64,000 nt of DNA. It comes from Promethearchaeota archaeon Loki_b32. GTDB lineage: Archaea; Asgardarchaeota; Lokiarchaeia; Sigyniarchaeales; SOKP01. Shown here one piece after another: positions 30,268 to 39,882 of this stretch (positions are counted from its first letter, which is position 1; the number at the start of each line of letters is the position of its first letter). The DNA lies in contig NJBH01000001.1 of assembly GCA_005223125.1 (NCBI GenBank), positions 160,001 through 224,000 of the forward strand. The letters are read 5' to 3'. Both the position numbers and the translations under genes were made by a program. Under the pieces are notes generated by a model. The model did no database searches, was not told the DNA's origin, and saw only the letters and a program-made list of their open reading frames with translations.

Positions 30268-31659
30268 CTACACCCTTGCTTGAAAGTATTTATCAATATA
30301 TTTTTGATGAATTCTCATTAATTGATTAGGATTTAAATTAGAAATCACATCCCACGCTATATTAAGAGTATTCTCAAAAGTTCGATTCTCATCTTCTTTT
30401 TGATTTAAAAACCGTTGTTCAAAATCGATCCCAAATTTTAATAAATTTTTTTGTTCATAATTTAAGCCATCTTCTCCTACAATTGAAATTAAATCCTTTA
30501 CTTCAAGATAGTTAGAATATGAAGATAATAATTGTGAGCTAATATCAGCATGATCTTCTCGTGTTTTCTCTGCTCCAATTGCATCTTTCATTAATCGTGA
30601 AATCGATGCTAAAACTTCGAAAGGAGGGTATACACCTTTCTTATGTAAATCTCGGCTAAGTACTAATTGTCCTTCAGTTATATAACCCGTAGTATCCGGT
30701 ATTGGATGAGAGATATCATCATTGGGCATTGTTAATATTGGTATTTGAGTTATCGATCCTTTCTTTCCTTTGATTTTACCAGTCCTTTCATAAAGAGATG
30801 CAAAATCAGAATATATATATCCCGGATATCCTTTTCTACTAGGAATTTCTTCTTTTGCAGTGCTTAATTCTCTCAATGCTTCAGCATAATTTGTCATATC
30901 AATTAAAATTACTAGAACATGCATATCTTTTTCAAAAGCAAAATATTCTGCTGTTGTTAATGCTATTCTTGGAATTATCAATCGTTCAATTATAGGATCG
31001 TCAGCAAAATTGATAAAAGAAATGATATTTTGTAAACTACCAGTTTCTTGAAAACGTTTTAAAAAATAAATTGCGTCATCATGAATTATTCCAATCCCAC
31101 AAAATATAATTACAAATGATTCCTCCGAAATAACTTTTGCCTGTGATGCTATTTGAGCCGCTAATTTATTGTGAGGTAATCCTTGAACACTAAAAATAGG
31201 AAGTTTTTGACCTCGTATTAAAGTAAACAAACCATCGATTACAGATATACCTGTTTGTATGATATCTACAGGATATTCTCTGGCAAATGGATTAATAGGA
31301 ACCCCATTTATATCTCTTTGAACCTCAGTTAAAATATCAGAATCTAAAGCGATTTTAGTTTTAATATCAATTGGTTTTCCTAATGAATTAAAGGTTTGCC
31401 CAAACATATCTTTAGAAATTTTTACTTGAAATGTATCTTCAGTAAATATGATTTCAGCGTTTTCTGAAGAGATTCCTGTAGTTTCTTCGAAAACTTCAAC
31501 AACAATTACTTGTTCATCCATCTTGACGACTTGTCCTGTGCGAGTTTTACCATCATTTGTTTTAATTTTTACTATCTCACCATACTGTGCATTGTGTTCA
31601 TTCTTGAGAAATATTAATGGTCCAATAATTTGTTGGATTTTTTTATATATTACACTCAT
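30268..31659 (-). CDS. atpB: A/V-type ATPase subunit B
   Basis: TGISVIDG, RGQKLPIFS, DMTNYAEALRE, GYPGYIYSD, HPIPDTTGYITEGQ, SRLM. Confidence 0.95.
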   Translation of the reverse strand: MSVIYKKIQQIIGPLIFLKNEHNAQYGEIVKIKTNDGKTRTGQVVKMDEQVIVVEVFEETTGISSENAEIIFTEDTFQVKISKDMFGQTFNSLGKPIDIKTKIALDSDILTEVQRDINGVPINPFAREYPVDIIQTGISVIDGLFTLIRGQKLPIFSVQGLPHNKLAAQIASQAKVISEESFVIIFCGIGIIHDDAIYFLKRFQETGSLQNIISFINFADDPIIERLIIPRIALTTAEYFAFEKDMHVLVILIDMTNYAEALRELSTAKEEIPSRKGYPGYIYSDFASLYERTGKIKGKKGSITQIPILTMPNDDISHPIPDTTGYITEGQLVLSRDLHKKGVYPPFEVLASISRLMKDAIGAEKTREDHADISSQLLSSYSNYLEVKDLISIVGEDGLNYEQKNLLKFGIDFEQRFLNQKEDENRTFENTLNIAWDVISNLNPNQLMRIHQKYIDKYFQARV

Positions 31660-33500
31660 AATTTTCTGAATACTCCATATGATATTTTCATAGATTCAAT
31701 CTCATTAATTAAATTATTTTTTATTTCTTCTATTTTATTGAAATCTTCATTACGAATTGAATGGTTAATTCTTAATATCTCAATTATAGTTTTAAGTTCT
31801 TTAATATCTTCCAGTAAAAATCCTTGCTTAAGTAGTTCCTTACCTTCTTTATACAACAATAGAATAATCTTTATCATTCCTAAAAGTTTCCTAACACCTG
31901 TATAATTATCTATGTCATCAAACGCATTTTGGATTAGAAATCCGTTTTTAATCAATTTTGCAATAAATAAAGTTAATTGCTGGCTTTCAGGTAAATTTTC
32001 TTCACCTATTAATTGAATAATATACTTCAATTCATTATCTTGAGATAAAATGTCGTTCACTTGTTTTCGGCAATCAAACCAATCAATATCGATTTCTGTC
32101 CAGGTAATATCTCTTTCATACCACCATTCTGAAATATAATCGGGGTAATTAGAATAAGAGGTCAACCAATTTATAGCGGGATAATGTTTTGAATAAGCTA
32201 ATCCCGCATCTAAAGCCCAGAACCCTTGAACAAAACTTTTCGTGGTTGTCGTCACTGGTTCGCTAAAATCACCCGCGGGAGGAGAAATTGATCCAATAAT
32301 GGTCAAAGAACCCGTTCTTTCCGTCCCAGATTCTGAATTACCAAACAACTTGACTATTCCAGCTCGTTCATAAAAACTTGAGAGTTTAGATGGTAAATAT
32401 GCAGGATACCCCTCTTCAGCAGGCATTTCTTCTAACAACCCGGAGATTTCTCTAAGAGATTCTGCCCATCTTGAGGTGCTATCTGCGAAAACAGCAACAT
32501 CATATCCCATATCTCGATAGTATTCAGCAATAGTCACACCAGAAAAAATACTGGCCTCTCTTGCTGAAACTGGCATGTTTGAAGTGTTTGCAATTAAAAT
32601 GATGCGATCTAATAAAGGATTACCAGATTTTGGATCGATTAATTCAGAGAATTGTTTTAAAACATCTGCAATCTCGTTTCCTCTTTCTCCACAACCAACA
32701 TATACGCAAACATCAGCATCACACCATTTAGCTAAGGATTGTTGTATAACTGTTTTACCAGTTCCAAAACCTCCGGGAACTCCAACTGTACCCCCCTTTG
32801 TAATGGGAAATAATAAATCAATAACACGTATCCCTGTAATTAAAGGTATATTGGAGATTGTTCTCTCCTTAAAAGGACGGGTTATAGTTATTGGCCATTT
32901 TTGTAACATAGAAAAAGATTTTTCTTTATTATTCTTTTTTAGCTTATATATCTCATCAATAATAGTATATTCGCCTTCGTCTGAGAGGAAAGACAATTTT
33001 CCTGAATTATTTGGAGGAACTAATATTTTATGTTCTATCATTGGAGTTTCTTGGACTACACCAATTAAATCTCCTTCATTTACATTATTTTCATTTTTAT
33101 TTTTAGGAGTAAAGTGCCACTTCTTTGAACGTGATAAGGGAGGCAATTCTAATCCTCTTTGTAGTCCTCCATCTTTAAAAAGACCGAAAGCTTTTTGTAA
33201 AGGTCTTTGGATACCGTCAAAAACATTTCCCAATAATCCTGGTGCTAATTCCATCGAAAGGGGTTCATTTAAATTAACAACCTTTTCATTAATCCGTAAA
33301 TTAGAAGTGCTTTCAAAACACTGAGCAACAATATAATCAGAATAAATTTGAATTACTTCTCCTAAAATATTATGTTTCGTAATTTTAATAAGGTCATGAA
33401 GACGAATCTGAGCTTCCAAACCTTTAATCTTAATTAATGATCCTGTGATTGCTGAAATATAACCTAATATAGAATTGGTTTCAGAATTGGATTTGTTCAT
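31656..33500 (-). CDS. atpA: A/V-type ATPase catalytic subunit A
   Basis: [16 protein letters not shown] intact, [16 protein letters not shown]. Confidence 0.95.
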   Translation of the reverse strand: MNKSNSETNSILGYISAITGSLIKIKGLEAQIRLHDLIKITKHNILGEVIQIYSDYIVAQCFESTSNLRINEKVVNLNEPLSMELAPGLLGNVFDGIQRPLQKAFGLFKDGGLQRGLELPPLSRSKKWHFTPKNKNENNVNEGDLIGVVQETPMIEHKILVPPNNSGKLSFLSDEGEYTIIDEIYKLKKNNKEKSFSMLQKWPITITRPFKERTISNIPLITGIRVIDLLFPITKGGTVGVPGGFGTGKTVIQQSLAKWCDADVCVYVGCGERGNEIADVLKQFSELIDPKSGNPLLDRIILIANTSNMPVSAREASIFSGVTIAEYYRDMGYDVAVFADSTSRWAESLREISGLLEEMPAEEGYPAYLPSKLSSFYERAGIVKLFGNSESGTERTGSLTIIGSISPPAGDFSEPVTTTTKSFVQGFWALDAGLAYSKHYPAINWLTSYSNYPDYISEWWYERDITWTEIDIDWFDCRKQVNDILSQDNELKYIIQLIGEENLPESQQLTLFIAKLIKNGFLIQNAFDDIDNYTGVRKLLGMIKIILLLYKEGKELLKQGFLLEDIKELKTIIEILRINHSIRNEDFNKIEEIKNNLINEIESMKISYGVFRKL

Positions 33501-34209
33501 AATACCTTAAATACTCTGAGATTTTTTCTTTTTGTTTTTGTATAAAATTCTCGAATTCATTTTCAATTCCTTTAATTTCTGCATCATTTATAATTTTTGA
33601 AATTTCCATTTGAATAAATGATGATTTCTTATCTATTAAATTATCAATTGTATAATCATAAGAGATAAACCCTCCTGTAAGTGATATTTTGAAACCACCT
33701 ATAAAATCATGTTGATCTTTATTAATTTCTACTGGATTCTTAAATAAATCAACAATTATATCAAAATTTTTAATGAAGTAATTGTAATCCTTACTGTTAA
33801 ATTTTAATTCTATTTCTTGAGGCTTATCTATGGCAAATTTGGCATTTTGTATAGATTTCAATAAATATGCAATATAATCAGAGTAATTGTTTTCAATTCT
33901 TTCTTTAATAAGAATATATAAATTTAACTTTAATTCTTTAATCAGTCTATTCTTTAAACTTAATAGAGTTTCTTTGCCCTTTAATAGGGTTGATGATAAG
34001 GATTGGTTTAAGAATTGTTCATAACTTTCTATAAGATGGCTTTTTAGTTTTATTGATCTCTCGCGCGATCTTTCTAAATATCTCTTTTTTATTTCCGCTT
34101 TATGAAATAATGTTTTTTGATTCAATTCTTTAATTTCTTTCTGTGCTTTCTCTATTAAATAAAGGCCTAAGTTTCCAAATTGTTTCCTTAATTCTTTTTC
34201 TTCTGAAAT
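33481..34209 (-). CDS. atpE: A/V-type ATPase subunit E
   Basis: N-terminal coiled coil, FIGGFKIS...YDYTID; frame open to ATT 34209 (annotated TTG at 34125). Confidence 0.8.
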   Translation of the reverse strand: MSEEKELRKQFGNLGLYLIEKAQKEIKELNQKTLFHKAEIKKRYLERSRERSIKLKSHLIESYEQFLNQSLSSTLLKGKETLLSLKNRLIKELKLNLYILIKERIENNYSDYIAYLLKSIQNAKFAIDKPQEIELKFNSKDYNYFIKNFDIIVDLFKNPVEINKDQHDFIGGFKISLTGGFISYDYTIDNLIDKKSSFIQMEISKIINDAEIKGIENEFENFIQKQKEKISEYLRYYEQIQF

Positions 34210-34220
34210 TTTAAATCATC

Positions 34221-34547
34221 TCATTTTATTAAAACAACATCACCTATAGCGTCAACAATTCTATCTAAAATAATACCTTCTTTCTCAATATTAAAATGGA
34301 AAATATCTGGTAAAATAAATATAAATGGATTTCTATTAGTTTGCTTGAAATCCAATAAATACTCAATAATTTCATTTGATAAAGGTAAAGCTATAATCAA
34401 CATGCCGATTGAATCTCTATTTGTTAATTCTGTGAATTTTTTTAAAAAGTCTTCTTCATTTTCAACAACACTACCATCTAAACCTAAAAGTCCTAACATT
34501 GATACAATTTCTTCTTCACCTAAGATATAAATATTTTGCTCAACCAT
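34221..34547 (-). CDS. atpF: A/V-type ATPase subunit F
   Basis: IYILGEEEIVSMLGLLGLDG, PFIFILP, DAIG; 108 aa; operon position. Confidence 0.85.
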   Translation of the reverse strand: MVEQNIYILGEEEIVSMLGLLGLDGSVVENEEDFLKKFTELTNRDSIGMLIIALPLSNEIIEYLLDFKQTNRNPFIFILPDIFHFNIEKEGIILDRIVDAIGDVVLIK

Positions 34548-34858
34548 TAGAAATCAAGTCCAACTTCTTCAATAATTAATTTTTGTAAATTTTCCAAATT
34601 TTTTTTAAATTCAGTTTCAATATTTTGAATTGCCTTATCTAATTTTTTCTCAAAAGTATTGGTTTTAATATCACTTTCTACTGTAATATTTCCTATAGCT
34701 GTATTTACAAGAACATTTATTTTTATAATGAAATCCTCAAATTTTTCATTTTGTTCTTTTCTATATTCTTCAATTTCGTTTAAATTAAGTTTTTTGGCAT
34801 TACCGATTAAATCTTCATAAACTTTTTCAATATCCTTTACCCATTCGAACAGATCCAT
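34547..34858 (-). CDS. probable ATPase peripheral-stalk subunit H/G
   Basis: 103-aa charged helical protein inside the operon. Confidence 0.6.
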   Translation of the reverse strand: MDLFEWVKDIEKVYEDLIGNAKKLNLNEIEEYRKEQNEKFEDFIIKINVLVNTAIGNITVESDIKTNTFEKKLDKAIQNIETEFKKNLENLQKLIIEEVGLDF

Positions 34859-34902
34859 CCTTCAATCAACGAACTTATTCTTTTTCATTATCTATAATTC
34901 TT

Positions 34903-35964
34903 TTATTTTAATAATTTATATTTCTCGTGAATAATATTAACTACTTTTGGTAACACAAATAAACGAATTTCATTATCTTTTTTAATTAAAACTTCAATAA
35001 TCTTAAAAATTGCTTGATAGTCAATATCATCAATCTTAATCTTAAATGTTTTAAAAAAAATATCCAAGTATAAGGTCTCAAGAGACCAAATTAAATGGGT
35101 CTCATCAAGTTTAAAGGTTTTTAGTTTTTTTTTAATTTCTTTTTTTTCATTTAAATATTGATTTAGCTTTAACATATAAGATTCTACATCTGGTTGATTC
35201 AATAAAGTTAACAATTTATTTTTATCTAGAAATAAATAAGTGTCAACTAGAAATTGTGATAATAATTTTCTCTCAATATTGTTTTTAATTCCCCTGTATA
35301 TTACATTTAAATTGTATATTTCTGAGATATTCTTCAGATACAATGATATCATAAATCTCTCTTTATGACCTAAAACTCTCATCTCATTTTTCAAATTTTC
35401 ATAATATATCTGATCCAAAAATGCTTCGAGAACAAAAATTTCGTTAGTATTTTTAAAGTATAGAATTCCCTCTCTTATTGCTATGTTATATTTTGTTTGT
35501 TTCATTAATAATTGAATCTTATCTAGGGATGATAATTCAATCAATTCATTCATAAATTCAGTGTTACCTAGATATTTTTCTACTAATTTATTAACCATTA
35601 ACGATTTTTCAGCAATGCTCATTCCTAAAATAGTGCCGAGAACAACGCGCTTTATATTCATTATTTCGTATTTTATTAGATAGTTTTTTAAAAAGATTCT
35701 CATAGTCCTCGGTGAAATTAAAATAATCTTTCCGATTAACTTAATATAAGTATGAAATAATTCTCTTTCAATTTCTTCAATTGTATAAGAACTAAGATTA
35801 AGACCAGGATAATAAATGCTAATAAACTCAATTAATTGCTTAATTTCATTTATTTCTTCTAATTTATTTAGCGTGATCTCATCCATCACTAATTGCTTCA
35901 AAAAGCCAATTCTTATGAAAGTGTACGCGTAACTTGGCACAGTGACACTCGTGGTATTCACCAA
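34903..35964 (-). CDS. atpC: A/V-type ATPase subunit C (d)
   Basis: YAYTFIRI, YEIMNIK, LEAFLDQIYY, EIYNL..IYRG; about 350 aa. Confidence 0.85.
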   Translation of the reverse strand: MVNTTSVTVPSYAYTFIRIGFLKQLVMDEITLNKLEEINEIKQLIEFISIYYPGLNLSSYTIEEIERELFHTYIKLIGKIILISPRTMRIFLKNYLIKYEIMNIKRVVLGTILGMSIAEKSLMVNKLVEKYLGNTEFMNELIELSSLDKIQLLMKQTKYNIAIREGILYFKNTNEIFVLEAFLDQIYYENLKNEMRVLGHKERFMISLYLKNISEIYNLNVIYRGIKNNIERKLLSQFLVDTYLFLDKNKLLTLLNQPDVESYMLKLNQYLNEKKEIKKKLKTFKLDETHLIWSLETLYLDIFFKTFKIKIDDIDYQAIFKIIEVLIKKDNEIRLFVLPKVVNIIHEKYKLLK

Positions 35965-36008
35965 TAAATTAAATTTATTTTAGTATGATTTATCGAAATG
36001 ATTATTAC

Positions 36009-36380
36009 TTAATTAGTAAGAGGTGTCGGTATTTTTGTCCAAAGTAAGATTGCTACTATCAATCCGTAAACTGCTAATGCTTCACAAAGAGCAACAACGA
36101 GAAAAGCTTTAAAGAACGCTTCTTCTCGTTCTGAAAGTGCTGAGATCGCAGCTGTTCCAACAGTTTTCATAGCCCAAGCACTCCCTAATACTGCAGCACT
36201 TACTGAAATTGCAACTGATAATCCTAATACCATAGTAGTCGCAGAATCATAATAATCAAAAGCATCAGGAACTTGAGCCGCTACGAAAGATATAATTCCA
36301 TTTGAAGTAAAAATTACTAAGAAAATCAAAATAAATTGGAAGATACTAAGTAATAAATAAAATTTATGTTTACCGTTCAT
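36009..36380 (-). CDS. atpK: A/V-type ATPase proteolipid subunit K (c) with N-terminal leader
   Basis: VGTAAISALSE..., ALCEALAVYGLIVAILL (ion-binding Glu); one hairpin plus an extra N-terminal hydrophobic segment. Confidence 0.9.
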   Translation of the reverse strand: MNGKHKFYLLLSIFQFILIFLVIFTSNGIISFVAAQVPDAFDYYDSATTMVLGLSVAISVSAAVLGSAWAMKTVGTAAISALSEREEAFFKAFLVVALCEALAVYGLIVAILLWTKIPTPLTN

Positions 36381-36578
36381 AACTTTTACATCTCAGTTTT
36401 TATTTATAAAAATAATTATTTTAATTGAAAGGAATATAGTTTTGCGTATAAATTTTCTTATTATAAACAAAAAGGTAATATTCTTTATTATTTTACGAAC
36501 GCATAATTTAAGAAAAAGACACTGAATTATATTTCATTAAATAATGAATATTATATTGTATTTTTAATAAAAACAGTC

Positions 36579-37214
36579 TTATTGATAAAGTAAAACCCGT
36601 ATTATGTCTGCAATATCATGAATTCGATCAGCTAATTGTTCTAATAATACAATACTATCTCGTAAACGCAAGAGTACTCTAATATTCAAATTCTCATTGG
36701 AATATATATACTCAAGAAATTGCCGATATATTGTATCAATTTCATTTTCAATCTCATGAATCGCTGTGGTATTTTTAAACACTACATCTGGTTTATCTCT
36801 TAGACTTTTAATCGTTGACTTCAAAACAGTAGCCATATTAATTGTTTTATTAATTAGTTTTTCATATCTCTTACCGATCTCCTTATTACTTTTACCATCC
36901 AATTTAATCTTAGGCAACATATCCACGAATTCTAAAGGATAGTTTATAACATTATCCATTTTTAAAATTAACGCTATAAAATCGCCTAAATCAGCTCCAG
37001 CTTCAGAATATTTCTGAATTAACTCAATTTTAATAACATCTGCATCCTCTTCAGATAATTGCATTTTGCTTTTCTTCTTGTCTAGAGAAGCTTTATTCTT
37101 CTCATAATCTTCAGCCCATCCGCTGTAAAAAACACCCATATCACTAAGAACAGAATAAATAATTCTAGAGTGTTCAATAAGCATTGAAATGATTTCGTCT
37201 CGAATTTTATTCAT
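36579..37214 (-). CDS. DUF47/PhoU-like phosphate transport regulator
   Basis: repeated E..AD / E.EID motifs, LEQLADRIHDIAD. Confidence 0.8.
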   Translation of the reverse strand: MNKIRDEIISMLIEHSRIIYSVLSDMGVFYSGWAEDYEKNKASLDKKKSKMQLSEEDADVIKIELIQKYSEAGADLGDFIALILKMDNVINYPLEFVDMLPKIKLDGKSNKEIGKRYEKLINKTINMATVLKSTIKSLRDKPDVVFKNTTAIHEIENEIDTIYRQFLEYIYSNENLNIRVLLRLRDSIVLLEQLADRIHDIADIIRVLLYQ

Positions 37215-37425
37215 GAAAATTCCATTTAAATATTTAATTAACTCCTATAAATATAAAAAATTAGATCAATAAAAAAATATTGGATTTAGAGAAATTTTAA
37301 TATATTCTTAATTTAATTTATAAGTAAATTCTAAATGAATTGAAAAGATCTTTTCAAAATAATAATATTATTGAGAATTGAATAATTTAGGTTTACAAAT
37401 AATAGAAAGGTGAAGAGAAGACTTA

Positions 37426-38070
37426 ATGAAATTAAATAAAACTATTCAGCAATGGAAGCAATATTCAAAAATGTCTGATTTGGGAGAAATTGCTCGACGT
37501 AAATTTTTTAATAATTGTTTTGATGGCGCTTTGACATGTTCAGGTATTGTTAGTGGAATATTTATTATTTTTCTCTCGGGTTCTTCTATTTTTATCCCAA
37601 GAAATGTTATTATAACAGGTTTTGCCACAGCTCTTGCAATTGGGATTTCTGGTTTATGGGGCGCATTTCTTTCTGAAGAAGCTGAAAGAAAGAAAAAAAT
37701 GTTGGATATGAAAAAAGAGATGGCAATTATAGAAGAAGAAGGGGATGAAAAAACGGGTAAACCTAAAAAGAATAATATACAAGATAAACCATTACTGGAG
37801 AGGGCTGAAAATTTTGCTACCATTATTGCTTCATTGGTAGATGGAGGTGCTCCAGTACTAGGAAGCTCACTTCCATTGATTCCATTTTTCTTTGGATCTT
37901 CTTTAACAATAGTTCATTTTATCTCCTCATACGTTATTCTTATCGGTTTACTTATATATTTAGGGATCTTTTTAGGAAAAATTTCAGGAGGCGGCCGTAT
38001 TAGATATGCACTTCATTTAGTGACCGCTGGTGGTGTTACCTTATTAGTCTCTTTAGCACTTGGAATTTAA
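37426..38070 (+). CDS. VIT1/CCC1-family transporter
   Basis: ARRKFFNNCFDG, GISGLWGAFLSEEAE, DGGAPVLGS.LPLIPFF. Confidence 0.8.
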   Translation: MKLNKTIQQWKQYSKMSDLGEIARRKFFNNCFDGALTCSGIVSGIFIIFLSGSSIFIPRNVIITGFATALAIGISGLWGAFLSEEAERKKKMLDMKKEMAIIEEEGDEKTGKPKKNNIQDKPLLERAENFATIIASLVDGGAPVLGSSLPLIPFFFGSSLTIVHFISSYVILIGLLIYLGIFLGKISGGGRIRYALHLVTAGGVTLLVSLALGI

Positions 38071-38194
38071 AATTTTGAGGAAAAACGATTTTTAACAAAA
38101 AGGCAAGGACGTGAAAGAATAGACAAAAATAAATTAGATTGAGAAGAATACAAGTATTCGTTCTTCTTAATAAAAGATTAATCTGCTAATTAAA

Positions 38195-38905
38195 ATGTTT
38201 GAAAGAGCTAAAACATACGCAAAAATTACAAATTTATGGGGAATTGCTCGGCGTTATTTTGTAAATAACTTCTATGATGGTATGCTAACAGTTCTAGGAA
38301 TCCTGCTAGGATTCTTGGTTTTAATTCTTAAGGAAGATCAAACTTCAATTGATAGTCATCTTGTGATTTTAACAGGGGTAGGGAGTTCGATATCAATGTT
38401 TATATCAGGATTAACTGGATCATATCTTTCAGAAAAGGCTGAACAAAAAAAAATGAAAGAGGAATTGGATCGAGCAATGGTAATAATTAAAAGTGAGGTG
38501 GAAGAAACACTAGAGAATTCTGCTGATATTAAGGAGATAGAAAAAGCTATGTTGATCAAAATAAATCATAATGTAAATTTAAAAGCTAAAAGAAGAATAG
38601 GGAAAAAAAAAAAAAAAATTAAAACTCTTCAAGAAAAAGCTGAGATTTTTGCAAGTATTATTGTCTCACTTATTAATGGCGGTTCTCCATTTTTAGGGGG
38701 TTTAGTACCTCTAATTCCCTTTTTTCTTGTATCGACCGCTAATTTATCAATTTTTCTGATATCTTTTTTAATAATTCTTATTTGTATAATATTACTTGGA
38801 ATCTTTTTAGGGGTAATTTCAAAGGAATCTATTCTTAAAAATGTGATTCAGATGACATTTGCATTTTTTATAACCATACTTATCTCAGTATTTTTGTTAA
38901 GATAA
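38195..38905 (+). CDS. VIT1/CCC1-family transporter, paralog
   Basis: ARRYFVNNFYDG, SGLTGSYLSEKAE, GGSPFLGGLVPLIPFF; contains an A16 tract. Confidence 0.8.
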   Translation: MFERAKTYAKITNLWGIARRYFVNNFYDGMLTVLGILLGFLVLILKEDQTSIDSHLVILTGVGSSISMFISGLTGSYLSEKAEQKKMKEELDRAMVIIKSEVEETLENSADIKEIEKAMLIKINHNVNLKAKRRIGKKKKKIKTLQEKAEIFASIIVSLINGGSPFLGGLVPLIPFFLVSTANLSIFLISFLIILICIILLGIFLGVISKESILKNVIQMTFAFFITILISVFLLR

Positions 38906-38981
38906 AGTATATCATAAATTTTAATTTCAGAGTTTCATTTTTCAAATTATTAAGTTTATATACTATAGGATGGATTGAAAA

Positions 38982-39773
38982 TTGAAGATATGTGGAGTGG
39001 ACATTGGTAGTCTTGAGACAAAAGTAGTGTTACTCGACGATAATAATATTATTGATTATCGTGTAGGCCGATCAACTTATGATTTCAAACGTGTTGGAAA
39101 TAATTTATTTAATGATCTATTAGAACACCATAATTTGAAGAAAAGTGATGTTTATATTATGAGTACAGGTTATGGGCGCAATACAATCGATATAGCAGAT
39201 GATAGAATAACAGAGATTACTGCACATGCGAGAGGAGCGCAATTTTTCTTTCCTGATGTGAATTCTGTTATAGACATTGGAGGTCAAGATAGTAAAGCGA
39301 TTGTAATTTCTAAAAAAACTGGTAATGTAATCGACTTCCAGATGAACGATAAGTGCGCTGCTGGAACAGGTCGTTTTATTGAGGTGATGTCAGGTGCTCT
39401 AGAGGTTCCCATCCAAGATATTGGAGATTTAGCACTTAAATCTAATAATCCTGCATCAATTAGTTCAACATGTACTGTATTTGCTGAATCTGAAGTAATC
39501 TCTCTTTTTGCAAAGGGAACAAAAAAAGAAGATATTGCTGCGGGAATTCATAAATCAATAGCAAGAAGGGTTGCGGGAATGGCTAAACGTATAGGAGTAG
39601 CACCTCTTTTAGTTTTTTGTGGTGGTGTTGCAAAAAATATTGCAGTAAAAGAATTTTTAGAACAAGAATTAGGATTTGAGATTGTTATTCCCGTAGATAA
39701 CGGAAAGAGTATTGCCCAACTTACTGGAGCGATAGGAGCGGCTCTAATTGCACAAGACCAAAATAACGGTTAA
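38982..39773 (+). CDS. 2-hydroxyacyl-CoA dehydratase activase (HgdC/BadF-type ATPase)
   Basis: GVDIGS, TGYGR, EITAH, DIGGQDSK, MNDKCAAGTGRF, CTVFAESEVIS, GGVAKN. Confidence 0.93.
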   Translation: MKICGVDIGSLETKVVLLDDNNIIDYRVGRSTYDFKRVGNNLFNDLLEHHNLKKSDVYIMSTGYGRNTIDIADDRITEITAHARGAQFFFPDVNSVIDIGGQDSKAIVISKKTGNVIDFQMNDKCAAGTGRFIEVMSGALEVPIQDIGDLALKSNNPASISSTCTVFAESEVISLFAKGTKKEDIAAGIHKSIARRVAGMAKRIGVAPLLVFCGGVAKNIAVKEFLEQELGFEIVIPVDNGKSIAQLTGAIGAALIAQDQNNG

Positions 39774-39882
39774 CTCTTTTTTAAAAATATTTTTAAGTTT
39801 TAAATTTTGTTTGATTATGATAAATTTTATGAAGAATTAACTATTTTTTGACTAATAATTCAAATTTTTTAATATCATTAAA

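Noticed and set aside
24807-33500. Duplicate atpA as an assembly artefact
   Set aside because: The copies differ throughout at both DNA and protein level and have distinct flanks, so this is a real diverged paralog.
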